A DNA stretch of 64,000 nt from Candidatus Eiseniibacteriota bacterium (GTDB taxonomy: Bacteria; Eisenbacteria; RBG-16-71-46): positions 96,001 to 160,000 of the forward strand of contig JBGAML010000009.1 of the NCBI GenBank assembly GCA_044223005.1. The letters run 5' to 3'. Position 1 is the stretch's first letter. Every line of letters begins with the position of its first letter. The translations under genes and the position numbers were made by a program. The notes under the pieces were generated by a model. The model did no database searches and was not told the origin of the DNA. It saw nothing but the letters and a program-made list of their open reading frames with translations. This document shows positions 34,640-45,060 of the stretch, one piece after another.

Positions 34640-34676
34640 CGGCGGCGGGACGTTCACGTCCCGCCGCCGTCGCGTT
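34640..34676 (+). terminator. Putative dnaK terminator
   Basis: CGGCGGCGGGACG-TTCA-CGTCCCGCCGCCG hairpin, short T tail. Confidence 0.6.
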
Positions 34677-34768
34677 TGCGGCCCACGGGCGGCGCTCGCT
34701 AGTCTCGGCGCGGCCGCCGCCCACGCGCCCGCCGGGCGCATGCCGGACCCTCCGGAGCCCTCGTCGCG

Positions 34769-36304
34769 ATGACGTCCGTCCAACCCGATCTCGCCGCCGC
34801 CATGCTGCCGCTCGCGCAGGGCGCCGCCGTGGGCGCCTACGGCCTCTGCCAGCTCGCGCTGACGGCCTGCTCGGCCCATCGCTGGACGCTGCTGCTGGGC
34901 CGCCGCGTGCGGCCGGGAGCGCCGCTGCCGCCGCTGCCCGGGGCGCCCCCGGTCGTGACGGTTCAGCTGCCGGTCTACAACGAGCCGCGGGTGGTCGAGC
35001 GGCTGGTGGACGCGGCGTGCGCCCTGGACTGGCCGGCGGACCGGCTCGAGATCCAGCTGCTCGACGATTCCACCGACGAGACTCCGGCGATCGCCGCGGC
35101 CGCCGTCGCCCGGCACCGCGCGCGCGGGATCGACGTGCGGCACGTGCGGCGCACCGCGCGCGACGGCTGGAAGGCGGGTGCGCTCGCCGCGGGGCTCGCG
35201 GAGGCGCGGGGCGAGCTGGTGGCGATCTTCGACGCGGACTTCGTCCCGCCGGCGGACTTCCTGCAGCGCATGGTGCCGCACTTCGCCGACCCGGGCGTCG
35301 GAATGGCGCAGGCGTGCTGGGGGCACCTGAATCGCGACGCGTCGACCCTGACGGCGGCGCAGGCGGTGCTGCTCGACGCGCACTTCCGGATCGAGCACGC
35401 CGCGCGAGCCGCGCGCGGCTGGTTCTTCAACTTCAACGGCACCGCCGGGCTCTGGCGCCGCGCCTGCATCGAATCGGCGGGCGGGTGGTCGCACGACACG
35501 CTCACCGAGGACCTCGACCTGAGCGTGCGTGCGCAGCTGGCAGGCTGGCGGTTCGTGTTCGATCCCGCGGTCGTGGTGCCGGCGGAGTTGCCGTCGGACA
35601 TGGAAGCGTTCAAGGCGCAGCAGCGCCGCTGGGCCAAGGGCGCGATCCAGTCGGCGCGCAAGCTCCTGCCCGCGATCGCGCGCAGCCGCCGCCCGCTCGC
35701 GGTGCGGCTGGACGCCGCGCTGCTGCTGCTCGCCAACGCGGCGTTCCCGCTGCTGCTCGCGCTCGGCCTGCTGCTGCTGCCGGTGCTGCTCGGGCGCAGC
35801 GTGGTGCCGCCGGCCGTGGTCTGGGCCGCGCAGGCCGCGGTGCTGGCGCTGGGACTGGTGCCGGTGACGCTCTTCCTCGCGGCCGGCCAGCATGCCGCGG
35901 GCCGGCGCGGTCTCGCGGTGGTGCGCGACGTGGCGTCGGCGCTGGTGCTGTGCGCGGGGCTCTCGCTCAACAACGCGCGCGCCGTGCTCGAGGGCCTCGG
36001 GCCCGCGGTGGGCGCCTGGGAGCGGACGCCCAAGACGGGGGAGACCGGCCCGGCCCGCGCGCGCCGGGTGGCCGCGCCCCGGCGCCGGGGTGCGGGCTGG
36101 GGCGAGGCCGCGCTTGCGGGCTACTTCGCCGTGCTGCTCGCCTGGGCCGCGACCTGCGGCCACCGGCAGGCGGCACCGTTCGCAGCCGTCCTGGCCGCGG
36201 GGTGCGCCTGGGTGGCCGCCGGGTCGCGGCCCGGCGCGCTCACGACTTCGCGGGTGCCCCCGGGGCGCGCAGCGGAACGTCCGCCTTCTTCCGCTCGAGC
36301 ATGA
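34769..36304 (+). CDS. Processive GT2 glycosyltransferase (cellulose-synthase-like)
   Basis: QLPVYNE, DDSTD, KAGAL, FDADF, TED, QQRRW; C-terminal TM helices. Confidence 0.9.
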   Translation: MTSVQPDLAAAMLPLAQGAAVGAYGLCQLALTACSAHRWTLLLGRRVRPGAPLPPLPGAPPVVTVQLPVYNEPRVVERLVDAACALDWPADRLEIQLLDDSTDETPAIAAAAVARHRARGIDVRHVRRTARDGWKAGALAAGLAEARGELVAIFDADFVPPADFLQRMVPHFADPGVGMAQACWGHLNRDASTLTAAQAVLLDAHFRIEHAARAARGWFFNFNGTAGLWRRACIESAGGWSHDTLTEDLDLSVRAQLAGWRFVFDPAVVVPAELPSDMEAFKAQQRRWAKGAIQSARKLLPAIARSRRPLAVRLDAALLLLANAAFPLLLALGLLLLPVLLGRSVVPPAVVWAAQAAVLALGLVPVTLFLAAGQHAAGRRGLAVVRDVASALVLCAGLSLNNARAVLEGLGPAVGAWERTPKTGETGPARARRVAAPRRRGAGWGEAALAGYFAVLLAWAATCGHRQAAPFAAVLAAGCAWVAAGSRPGALTTSRVPPGRAAERPPSSARA

Positions 36305-39300
36305 GCACGCGCGCGTCCGGGTCCACCACCAGGTGCTCGGGCGCGAACGCGCAGCGCAGGACCACCTCGCGCTGCTCGCCCGCGGCGAGCGTCACCGTGG
36401 TGCGCGCGTCCTTCCACGCGGCCGGCTTCGCTTCGCCGTGCGGGAAGCGCAGCCCGCGCGTCGCCGCGACTTCGATCGGCATGCGCCCTGTGCCCACGTT
36501 CTTGAGTTTCGCGCGCACGAGCCAGCCGTCGCCGTCGCGCGTCACGACCGCGTCGGAGAACTGGTACTGCGGCACCACGACGCTCTCGAACCACTGGTGC
36601 ACGACGGTGTCGAAGCCCGTGGTGTCCGCGGCGTGCTCGCGCATGATCGCGAGGTAGTCGTGCAGCACGGCGTGGTCGCGGCTGTCGCGGTAGCGCTCGA
36701 GGTAGTCGCGCTGCGCGGCCAGCCCGCGCTCGCGGCCCATCTGCTGGAACAGCATCCAGAGCGCGAAGCCGCCCTTGTCGTAGATGATCCGTGAATCCCC
36801 CGGCAGCTCGCCGTTGATCTGCGTGAGCGGCCGCTCGGAGTCCGCGCGGCGCGTGCGCGAGTAGCGCTCCTCGATGTTCCGGCAGAACGCGATCCGCTGT
36901 TCGAGCCCCTTCACCTGCTCGGTGAGCAGGATCGTCGAGAAGTGCGCCATGCCTTCGGACAGCACGTCGCCGCCGGGACCGCGGCCCATCATGGCGATGT
37001 TGGGCCACCACTGGTGCGCCGACTCGTGCGCGGTCACCCAGAAGGCCGCGTTCGCCTCCGGCTTGCTGCGCGTGAGGAAGCCGATGCCCTCGGAGAACGT
37101 GATGTTGCCCGGCGAGCCCTGGGCGTAGCCCGCGAGCCCGGCGAACTCCGACAGCCGCAGTTCCTTCCACGGGAACGGTGCGAACCATTCGCCGTAGAAG
37201 CGGCGCGCACCCTCGAGCGCCTGCAGCATCTCGTCGACGTTGTACGGGTGGCGCGGGTCGTAGTAGACCGCGACGCCGTCGCCGCGCTTCACCTTCCAGC
37301 GTCCGGCGACGACGTTCCAGATGCGCACCGGGTGGTCGCTGCGCCACTCGGTGACGCGGTCCTTGCCGTGCACGACGTCGCTCACGCACACGCCGGTGGC
37401 GTTCACCTGCAGGTCGGCCGGGACGGTGATGCGCAGGTGCGTGCCGAGCCAGCTCTCGGCCATCGGCAGGCCGGCGGGCGTGTCGCCCTTCCAGAAGTCG
37501 GCCGCGTACTCCTGCGGATCCTGCTGGTTCTTCTCGTCCTCGACGCCCACGTCGGGCGCGTAGCCGAGGTAGGGTGCGAGGTTGGTGCCGCTGAAGCCGG
37601 TGAGCACGATGCTGGACGGCAGCACGAACTCCATCCGCCCGCCGCCGTTGCGGCTCACGCCCTGCGGCACGCTGGCTTCGAACGACCAGCCGATGCGGGC
37701 CGTGTCGCCCACGGCGAGCGGCGGATCGAACGCGAAGACCTCGAGCCCGGCGCGATCCTCGGGCTTCGCGGGCCTGCCGTCGAGCGTCCACGAGATCTTG
37801 CGCCACTCGAGCCCCTGGCTCATCGGGATGCGTGCGAGCGGGCCGTCCGTGCGGTTCACGAGCGTATAGGTGCCGCGGCTCGCCACGCCGCGCGTCGCGG
37901 GCGAGAGGCGGATGTCGGCGTCGACGTACACGGCCGAGGGCAGGGGCACGTCGCGGTACGTGAGCGAGTTCTTGCGCCAGTAGTCGTGCGCCTTCTTGCG
38001 CATGGCCGCGCTCTCCCAGCCCTGCGACACCTGGAGCGCCAGCGCGATGCCGGCCGCGAGCGGCAGGATCGCCCACGGCAGCATGGCGAGCGCCGAGCGG
38101 CCGATCGCGCCGGGCGCGAGCCGCTGCAGGTTCCGCGTCGCGTCCCGCTCGCGGCGGGCGAACGCCCGCAGCGCGACGACCACGAAGAACGCCGCGAGGC
38201 CCAGCGCGAGCACGCGGTTGAGCGCGAGCGGCAGCGCGTCCAGCTGGAACGGCGCGATGTCCGTCCAGCGCGTCGCGCTCCAGAGGTCCCAGTTGCCGAC
38301 CCAGTTCAGCTTGCCGCGCATCTGCAGCCAGCCCGTGAGGCTCATGGCGCCGAGGCCGATGCTGTAGGTGACGAAACGGTTGCCGGCGATCGCGTACGAC
38401 GCCGAGACGAACGCCGTCCACAGCAGGAACGTGGGGATCAGCAGCAGGCCCCAGAGCATCGCGAACGGACCGACGGAGAACGGCACGGTGTGCTGGAATG
38501 CCAGCACGACCGCGCTGCCGAGCATCGCGGCGACGAGGATCGCGGCGCCGAGCACGGCGTTGGCGAGCGACTTGCCGAGCAGCAGCGCTCCCGTGCTCAC
38601 GGGCGTGGACCACGCGATCGAGCCGAAGCCCGCGCTGGCTTCGCGCTGCAGCGATTCGGTGGTGTAGAAGAGGATGAGCATGCAGACGAGCAGCGTGAGC
38701 GTGTTCATGTCGCTCGAGGCGAGCGCGCCCGGCGTCTGCAGCAGCGGCGTGTCGAAGGCGCCCACCTGCACGACGCCGGCGAGCACCTGCACGAGGATGA
38801 GCGGCACGAAGAGGTAGAGACCGGGGTGGCGGCCGAGCAGCTTGATCTCGGCCGCGACCACGTGCCCGACGCTGGCGAGGAACGTGGGCCGTCCGGACCG
38901 CATGCCGAGCGGGACGAGCCCGGCGGGCTCCGTCCGCTCCGCGGACACGGCGGGTGCCGCGGCCGCGCGCGCGACGTCGGCCGGCCGGACACGCGCGCCG
39001 CGAAGCCGGGCCGCGACCGCCCCGGTCGTGGCCGCGACGGCGCCGAGGCCGACGGCGGCCGCGAGCAGGCGCTGCGCGAGGAAGAGCAGGTCCGGCGTCA
39101 CGTGGGCGTGGTTGTAGAAATCCACGCCGCGGTCGACGTTGAGGTAGTTCTCCTTGAGCCAGCGCAGCCCCGTCAGGTCCACGAACTGGAGCAGGCGGTT
39201 GACGGAGGGCGACAGCCACTCGGGCGACCACTCCCACAGGAACCCGATCCCGAGCACGAGCACGACGATCGGGAGCGAGAAGACGAGCACCGGCTGGCGC

Positions 39301-39845
39301 GTGAAGCCGCCGATCGCGAAGCAGGCGCCGGTGTACAGCAGGAGCGACGGCAGCCCGAAGAGGAGCAGCGGGCGCAGGTAGGCGCTCCAGCGCAGCGGCC
39401 CGAGGAACTCGGCATTGGTGCCGTGGGGCACCGCGTGATTGAAGAAGAGCTCCATCGCCAGCTGGGCCAGGAGCACGACGCCGAACGTGAGGAGCACCGC
39501 GAGATACTTGCCCCACACGTATTCGCGCACGCTGAGCCGCGTCGAGTGCAGGATCTCGCCGACCTTGAGTTCCTCGTCGCGGATCAGGCTCATGCCGGCC
39601 ACGACCGAGATGAAGAACACCTGGATCGTCGCCATCATGAGCACGAGCAGCTGCGAGTTGGCGAACTCGGAGTTGATCCACGCCTTGGATCCGCCGACGC
39701 GGGCGTCCCCGGAGCCGATCTGCGCGTGTCCGCTGGCGAGCGCCGAGGCCATGAGGCCCAGGATCAGCAGCAGGAACCAGAACGTGGGGCGCTTCAGGTG
39801 GTGCGCGAGGTCGCGCGAGGCGACTTCCCAGGTGCGCCCGTTCAC
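36240..39845 (-). CDS. ABC-2 permease / M1 aminopeptidase fusion
   Basis: Two multi-TM permease halves then HESAHQWW..LSEGMAHF..IYDKG zinc-peptidase motifs. Confidence 0.88.
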   Translation of the reverse strand: MNGRTWEVASRDLAHHLKRPTFWFLLLILGLMASALASGHAQIGSGDARVGGSKAWINSEFANSQLLVLMMATIQVFFISVVAGMSLIRDEELKVGEILHSTRLSVREYVWGKYLAVLLTFGVVLLAQLAMELFFNHAVPHGTNAEFLGPLRWSAYLRPLLLFGLPSLLLYTGACFAIGGFTRQPVLVFSLPIVVLVLGIGFLWEWSPEWLSPSVNRLLQFVDLTGLRWLKENYLNVDRGVDFYNHAHVTPDLLFLAQRLLAAAVGLGAVAATTGAVAARLRGARVRPADVARAAAAPAVSAERTEPAGLVPLGMRSGRPTFLASVGHVVAAEIKLLGRHPGLYLFVPLILVQVLAGVVQVGAFDTPLLQTPGALASSDMNTLTLLVCMLILFYTTESLQREASAGFGSIAWSTPVSTGALLLGKSLANAVLGAAILVAAMLGSAVVLAFQHTVPFSVGPFAMLWGLLLIPTFLLWTAFVSASYAIAGNRFVTYSIGLGAMSLTGWLQMRGKLNWVGNWDLWSATRWTDIAPFQLDALPLALNRVLALGLAAFFVVVALRAFARRERDATRNLQRLAPGAIGRSALAMLPWAILPLAAGIALALQVSQGWESAAMRKKAHDYWRKNSLTYRDVPLPSAVYVDADIRLSPATRGVASRGTYTLVNRTDGPLARIPMSQGLEWRKISWTLDGRPAKPEDRAGLEVFAFDPPLAVGDTARIGWSFEASVPQGVSRNGGGRMEFVLPSSIVLTGFSGTNLAPYLGYAPDVGVEDEKNQQDPQEYAADFWKGDTPAGLPMAESWLGTHLRITVPADLQVNATGVCVSDVVHGKDRVTEWRSDHPVRIWNVVAGRWKVKRGDGVAVYYDPRHPYNVDEMLQALEGARRFYGEWFAPFPWKELRLSEFAGLAGYAQGSPGNITFSEGIGFLTRSKPEANAAFWVTAHESAHQWWPNIAMMGRGPGGDVLSEGMAHFSTILLTEQVKGLEQRIAFCRNIEERYSRTRRADSERPLTQINGELPGDSRIIYDKGGFALWMLFQQMGRERGLAAQRDYLERYRDSRDHAVLHDYLAIMREHAADTTGFDTVVHQWFESVVVPQYQFSDAVVTRDGDGWLVRAKLKNVGTGRMPIEVAATRGLRFPHGEAKPAAWKDARTTVTLAAGEQREVVLRCAFAPEHLVVDPDARVLMLERKKADVPLRAPGAPAKS

Positions 39846-40753
39846 GGCCGCGCTCCGGCGGTGGCGGGTGCGTTCGCGGCGGCGTCACCGGATCGCATGA
39901 ACACGAGGTAGGCGTCCTCGAGCGACGGCGAGACGGGTTCGAAGCCCTCCGGCGGCGGCGCGCCGGGGGAGTGGACGCGCACGCGGTGGCGGCCCTCGAC
40001 GAGCAGCGCCTGCGTCACGGTGCGCTCGCGGCGGAGCGCCGGCAGGTCGGCCGCGCCCACGCTGCCCTCGTAGATCGATCCCGCGAGCGCCTCGCGCGCC
40101 TCGCGCGGGGTCGTGGTGGCGACGAGCCGCCCGGAGCGGATCACCGCGAAGCGCGGGCAGAGCACGGCGACGTCCTCGACGATGTGCGTCGACAGCACGA
40201 CGGTTCGCTTCTCGGCGAGCTCGGCGAGCAGGTGGTAGAACCGCAGGCGTTCCTCGGGATCGAGGCCGGCGGTGGGCTCGTCGACGATCACGAGCCGCGG
40301 GTCGCCGGCGATCGCCTGCGCGATCCCGAGCCGCTGCCGCATGCCGCCCGAGTAGCTGCGCACGGGGCGCTTCGCGGCGAAGGACAGGTTCACGCGCTCC
40401 AGCAGCTCGCGCGCGAGGCCCTTGAGGCCGCCCGGCGCGCTCACGCCCTTCAGTCGCAGCAGGTGCAGCAGCATCTGCTCGCCGGTCAGGTGCGGGTAGA
40501 ACCCGAAGTCCTGGGGCAGGTAGCCCAGCCGCTCGCGCAGCCAGCCCGGGTTCGCGATCACGTCCTGGCCGTCGATCTTCACCGAGCCCGAGGTGGGTTC
40601 GAGCAGTCCGGCGAGGATGCGCATGAACGTCGACTTGCCCGCGCCGTTGGGGCCGAGCAGGCCGAACATGCCCACCGGGATGTCGAGGTCCACGCCCTGC
40701 AGGGCGGCGACGGGTCCGGGGTAGATCTTCACCAGGCTGCGGATCTCGAGCAT
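39842..40753 (-). CDS. ABC transporter ATP-binding protein
   Basis: GPNGAGKS, YSGGM, VDEPT, STH. Confidence 0.95.
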   Translation of the reverse strand: MLEIRSLVKIYPGPVAALQGVDLDIPVGMFGLLGPNGAGKSTFMRILAGLLEPTSGSVKIDGQDVIANPGWLRERLGYLPQDFGFYPHLTGEQMLLHLLRLKGVSAPGGLKGLARELLERVNLSFAAKRPVRSYSGGMRQRLGIAQAIAGDPRLVIVDEPTAGLDPEERLRFYHLLAELAEKRTVVLSTHIVEDVAVLCPRFAVIRSGRLVATTTPREAREALAGSIYEGSVGAADLPALRRERTVTQALLVEGRHRVRVHSPGAPPPEGFEPVSPSLEDAYLVFMRSGDAAANAPATAGARP

Positions 40754-40920
40754 GGGACGGCCTCGCGGGGTCGGGGTGAATGCCGTGACGGTTCGATGGG
40801 TCGGAACGGTTTACGCCGTACTGTCATCTCGGGTTGCAGCCTGCGCGTGCCGAACGGGCATGCCCACCCCTGGCCGCCCATCGCGGGCGCACGGCGGACC
40901 GGCGCCCGGAAGCGCGGGGA

Positions 40921-40960
40921 GAACGCGAAACGGCCCGGCGTGCGGGGCACGCCGGGCCGT
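40921..40960 (-). terminator. Putative terminator after nucleotide-sugar dehydrogenase
   Basis: ACGGCCCGGCGTGC / GCACGCCGGGCCGT inverted repeat, T-rich tail on the minus strand. Confidence 0.6.
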
Positions 40961-40976
40961 CGGTGCGTCGGGTCCG

Positions 40977-42308
40977 CTACAGCCGGACGATCTTCTTGGA
41001 GCGCTTGCCGCGGAGCGCGTTGCGGGTGTCGACGACGGCCTTCGACCACGCGAGGACCTTGCCGTAGTCGAACGTCTTGTGCGCCGTCGCGATCACGGCG
41101 CAGTCGTACTTGCGCAGGCTCGCGGCCGTGAACGGCACGCTCTTCAGGACGCCGTTGCCGAACCGGATGCTCTTCACGAACGGGTCGCAGTACTCGATCT
41201 TGGCGCCGCGCTCGCGCAGCTTCTCCATGATGTCGAGCGACGGGCTCTCGCGCACGTCGTCGATGTCGGCCTTGTACGCCACGCCCAGCACCAGCACCTT
41301 CGAGCCGCGGAGCGCCTTGCCCGACTGGTTCAGCGCGTCCACCGTCAGCTCGACGACGTGCTCGGGCATGTGGCCGTTGACGTGCCCGGCCAGCTCGATG
41401 AAGCGCGCCTCGAAGCCGCTCGCACGCGCCTTCCACGACAGGTAGAAGGGATCGATCGGGATGCAGTGACCGCCCAGGCCGGGGCCGGGGTAGAAGGGCA
41501 TGAAGCCGAACGGCTTGGTGGCCGCGGCCGAGATGACCTCCCAGACGTCGATGTGCATGCGCTTGCACATGAGCGCCAGCTCGTTCACGAGCCCGATGTT
41601 GACGCTGCGGAAGGTGTTCTCGAGCAGCTTCACCATCTCGGCGACCTGCGTCGAGGAGACGGGGACGACCTTCTCGAGCCGCTGCTCGTAGAGCTTCACC
41701 GCGACGCGCGTGCACTCGGGCGTCACGCCGCCGACGACCTTGGGAATGTTGCGGGTCTGGAAGTGCGGGTTGCCCGGATCGACGCGCTCGGGCGAGAAGG
41801 CGAGGAAGAAGTCCTTGCCGACCTCGAAGCCGTTCTTCGAGAGCATCGGCAGCAGGAGCTCGTCGGTCGTGCCGGGGTAGGTGGTGCTCTCGAGGATGAC
41901 GAGCGTGCCGCGGTGCAGGTACTTCTGCACCTGCTCGGCGGCGGCCACGATGTAGGAGACGTCGGGGTCCCGCTGCTTGCTCAGCGGCGTCGGGACGCAG
42001 ATGTTGACGGTGTCGCACTTGCGCAGCACCGAGAAGTCGGTGCTGGCATGCAGGCGGCCCTGGCGCACGAGCGCGCGGACGTCGGCGGTCGGCACGTCCT
42101 GGATGTAGGACTTGCCCTGCTGGAGCTGCTTCACGCGGGCTTCGTCGATGTCGACGCCGAACACCTCGAATCCGGCCTGGGCCAGTTCGACGGCGAGGGG
42201 CAGGCCGACGTACCCCAGCCCGATGACGCCGAGCCGGGCGGTGCGATTGTCGAGGCGGGCGACGAGAGTGTCGGCCGCGGAGCGGGTGCTGCGGCGGTTC
42301 TGGGTCAT
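40977..42308 (-). CDS. Nucleotide-sugar dehydrogenase (UDP-GlcNAc 6-dehydrogenase, WbpA-like)
   Basis: GLGYVG, ESTTYPGTT, SPER, KLLENTFR, GGHCIPIDP, DVRESP. Confidence 0.92.
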   Translation of the reverse strand: MTQNRRSTRSAADTLVARLDNRTARLGVIGLGYVGLPLAVELAQAGFEVFGVDIDEARVKQLQQGKSYIQDVPTADVRALVRQGRLHASTDFSVLRKCDTVNICVPTPLSKQRDPDVSYIVAAAEQVQKYLHRGTLVILESTTYPGTTDELLLPMLSKNGFEVGKDFFLAFSPERVDPGNPHFQTRNIPKVVGGVTPECTRVAVKLYEQRLEKVVPVSSTQVAEMVKLLENTFRSVNIGLVNELALMCKRMHIDVWEVISAAATKPFGFMPFYPGPGLGGHCIPIDPFYLSWKARASGFEARFIELAGHVNGHMPEHVVELTVDALNQSGKALRGSKVLVLGVAYKADIDDVRESPSLDIMEKLRERGAKIEYCDPFVKSIRFGNGVLKSVPFTAASLRKYDCAVIATAHKTFDYGKVLAWSKAVVDTRNALRGKRSKKIVRL

Positions 42309-42616
42309 GGTGGAGGCAAGCTAGCAAGGGCCTGTCGGGAGCGTCAAACCTCGTCCCCCTTGGCGGAAAACGGCCTCCAACGCGGCCCCTGCGCGCGTTT
42401 TGGGCCCTTTTCCCGCTTGACCGGGGGCGGTCGCCATCGGATATCGTTATCGGCCGAGAGGCGTCCTGTCTTCGCCGTGCATCCGCGCTCCCCGACACCC
42501 CGTGATAGCGAAGTGGACGTGCCATCGTTTCCGGGGTACCACCGAGGTCCGCGTCACGCGTCCGACGGGTGCCTCCATTTTTTTGCGCCGGCATTTGTGG
42601 CTATGCTGTCGTTCCA

Positions 42617-43420
42617 TTGACCCCCGCCGACCCGCCCGCCCTGCTCGCCCGCTACCGTGCCCGAGACGAGGTCCACCACGGCCTCCTCGAGGGCTCGCGC
42701 CTGCGCCGGCTCGGAGCCCCGCCCTGGGCCGGGGGGGCCCCCACGGGTGATCTGGACGAGGTGTCCGGGGTGGCCTGGCTGCCGCCCTGCGTGCCCACCA
42801 AGATCGTCTGCGTGGGCCTGAACTACGTCGAGCACGTGCGCGAGAGCCTCACGGTGACGCCGGAGCATCGCGAGGTGCCGCCCGAGCCGCTGCTGTTCCT
42901 CAAGCCGCCGAGTGCCGCGCTCGCGACCGGCGGGAGCATCCGCCTGCCGGAGGGCGTGACGCGCATGGACCCCGAGGGCGAAATGGCGCTGGTGATCGGC
43001 CGCCGCGCCTCGCACGTGCCCGAGTCCGAGGCGCTCCGGTACGTGGCGGGCGTCACCGCGTTCAACGACGTCTCGGCGCGCAACTACCAGAAGACCGACG
43101 GGCAGTGGGCGCGCGCGAAGGGCTTCGACACGTTCGCGCCGTTCGGGCCCGTGATCGCGCTCGGTGTCTCGCCGGACGACCTCGCGCTCGAGCTGCGCGT
43201 GAACGGCGAGGTGCGCCAGCGCGCGCGCACGTCGGCGATGCACTACCGGCCCGCGTTCCTCGTCGCGCACATCTCGCGCATCATGACGCTGGAGCCCGGG
43301 GACGTGATCGCGACGGGCACGCCGGCGGGCATCGCGCCGATCGTCCCGGGCGATCTCGTGGAAGTCGAACTGGAGGGCGTGGGCGTGCTCGCCAATCGTG
43401 TCGTGGGAGTGGACGCGTGA
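42617..43420 (+). CDS. Fumarylacetoacetate hydrolase family protein
   Basis: KIVCVGLNY..H, FLKP, EGE, NDVSAR, RAKGFDTF, GDVIATGTP; TTG start inferred. Confidence 0.88.
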   Translation: MTPADPPALLARYRARDEVHHGLLEGSRLRRLGAPPWAGGAPTGDLDEVSGVAWLPPCVPTKIVCVGLNYVEHVRESLTVTPEHREVPPEPLLFLKPPSAALATGGSIRLPEGVTRMDPEGEMALVIGRRASHVPESEALRYVAGVTAFNDVSARNYQKTDGQWARAKGFDTFAPFGPVIALGVSPDDLALELRVNGEVRQRARTSAMHYRPAFLVAHISRIMTLEPGDVIATGTPAGIAPIVPGDLVEVELEGVGVLANRVVGVDA

Positions 43421-45060
43421 GCGCGGCGAACGACCGGCCGCTGCTCGTCACCGGCGCGCGGCTCTGGCCCGCGGCCCGCTGGGCCGGCGCCGACGCGGTG
43501 TTCGTGCGCGGCGGCCGCATCTCGGCCGTCGGGCGCGCGCGCGACCTGCTCGCCGCCGTGCCGGGCGCGCCGCGGATCGACGCGCGCGGCGCCACGGTGA
43601 CGCCGGGGCTGACCGATGCGCACCTGCACTTCGTTCCGTGGGCGCAGGGGCGCCGGCAGCCGGACCTGATCGGCGCCGCGACCCGGGCCGAGGCGCTGGA
43701 GCGCGTGCGTGCCGCGTTGGCGGCAAGTGCGGACGACGCGCCGCTGCTCGGCCGCGGCTGGGACGAGATGGGGTGGGAGGCACGCCCGGATCGCGCGGCG
43801 CTCGACGCGCTCGCGCCCGTGCGCCCGGTCCTGCTGCACAGCCACGATTTCCATTCGCTGTGGGTGAACGGCGCCGCGCTGCGAGCGGCCGGCGTGACGC
43901 GCGAGACGCCCGATCCGCCCGGCGGGCGGTTCGAGCGCGACGCGGCGGGCGAGCCGACCGGCGTCGTGCGCGAGAACGCGGTGCCGTGCTTCGCGGCGCT
44001 CGCCGGCCAGGCGGGCCCCGCGATCGACGCCGAGCTGCTCGACGACGGCGCGGCGGAGCTGCACGCGGCCGGCGTCACCTCGGTGCACGACTACCAGCGC
44101 AACGCGACGGACCTGGCGCGCATGCGCGCGCTGGCCGCGCGCCGCCGGCTGCGCGTGCTGCAGCACGTCGGCCCCGAGCAGATGGACGCGCTCGTGTCCG
44201 CGGGGCTGGCGAGTGGCGTGGGCGACGCGTGGTTCCGGATCGGCTCGCTCAAGCTGTTCGCCGACGGCGCGCTGGGTTCGCGCACCGCCGCGCTGCTCGA
44301 GCCCTACGACGACGGCCACGGCCTGGGCGTGGTGACGATCGAGCGCGACGAACTGCTCGCGCTCGTCACGCGCGCGGCGCGCGCGGGCTTCGCCGCGGCC
44401 ATCCACGCGATCGGCGACCGCGCCGTGCGGCATGCACTGGACGCGTTCGAGGCCGCGCGGATCGCCGCGCACCCGACGCCGCTGCCGCCGCGCATCGAGC
44501 ACGTGCAGCTGCTGCACCCGGACGACCTGCCGCGGTTCGCGGCGCTGGGCGTGGCGGCGAGCATGCAACCGTCGCACGCGACGTCCGACGCGTTCGCCGC
44601 GACCGCGGCGTGGGGCGCGCGCTGCGCGCTCGCATATCCATGGCGCAGCCTCGAGGCCCAGGGCGTCCGGCTGGCGTTCGGCTCCGACGCGCCGGTCGAG
44701 CCGCCGCGGCCGTGGGAGGGCCTGCACGCCGCGCTGACGCGGGTGCGCGCCGACGGCACGCCCGCCGGTGGCTTCGTGCCGGAGCAGTGCATCGGCATCG
44801 ACGCCGCGCTCCGTGCGTACACCGAAGGTGCCGCCGTCCTCTCGGGACTCGCGGGCCAGCTGGGCACGCTCGAGCCGGGCGCCGAGGCCGATCTCGTCGT
44901 GTGGGACCGCGACCTGCACGCCACGCCGCCGGCCGAACTGCTGGCGGCGCGGCCGGCCGTCACGGTGCTCGGCGGCGAAATCGTGTATGTATCTCCGGAC
45001 GCGGGGGCGGCGACGGGCGCGATGCCCGGCACCCCGCGGCCTCCACGCGATGGACGATGA
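43417..45060 (+). CDS. Amidohydrolase 3 family (YtcJ-like)
   Basis: PGLTDAHLH, KLFADGALGSRTA, HAIGD, RIEH, FGSDAP. Confidence 0.9.
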   Translation: MSAANDRPLLVTGARLWPAARWAGADAVFVRGGRISAVGRARDLLAAVPGAPRIDARGATVTPGLTDAHLHFVPWAQGRRQPDLIGAATRAEALERVRAALAASADDAPLLGRGWDEMGWEARPDRAALDALAPVRPVLLHSHDFHSLWVNGAALRAAGVTRETPDPPGGRFERDAAGEPTGVVRENAVPCFAALAGQAGPAIDAELLDDGAAELHAAGVTSVHDYQRNATDLARMRALAARRRLRVLQHVGPEQMDALVSAGLASGVGDAWFRIGSLKLFADGALGSRTAALLEPYDDGHGLGVVTIERDELLALVTRAARAGFAAAIHAIGDRAVRHALDAFEAARIAAHPTPLPPRIEHVQLLHPDDLPRFAALGVAASMQPSHATSDAFAATAAWGARCALAYPWRSLEAQGVRLAFGSDAPVEPPRPWEGLHAALTRVRADGTPAGGFVPEQCIGIDAALRAYTEGAAVLSGLAGQLGTLEPGAEADLVVWDRDLHATPPAELLAARPAVTVLGGEIVYVSPDAGAATGAMPGTPRPPRDGR

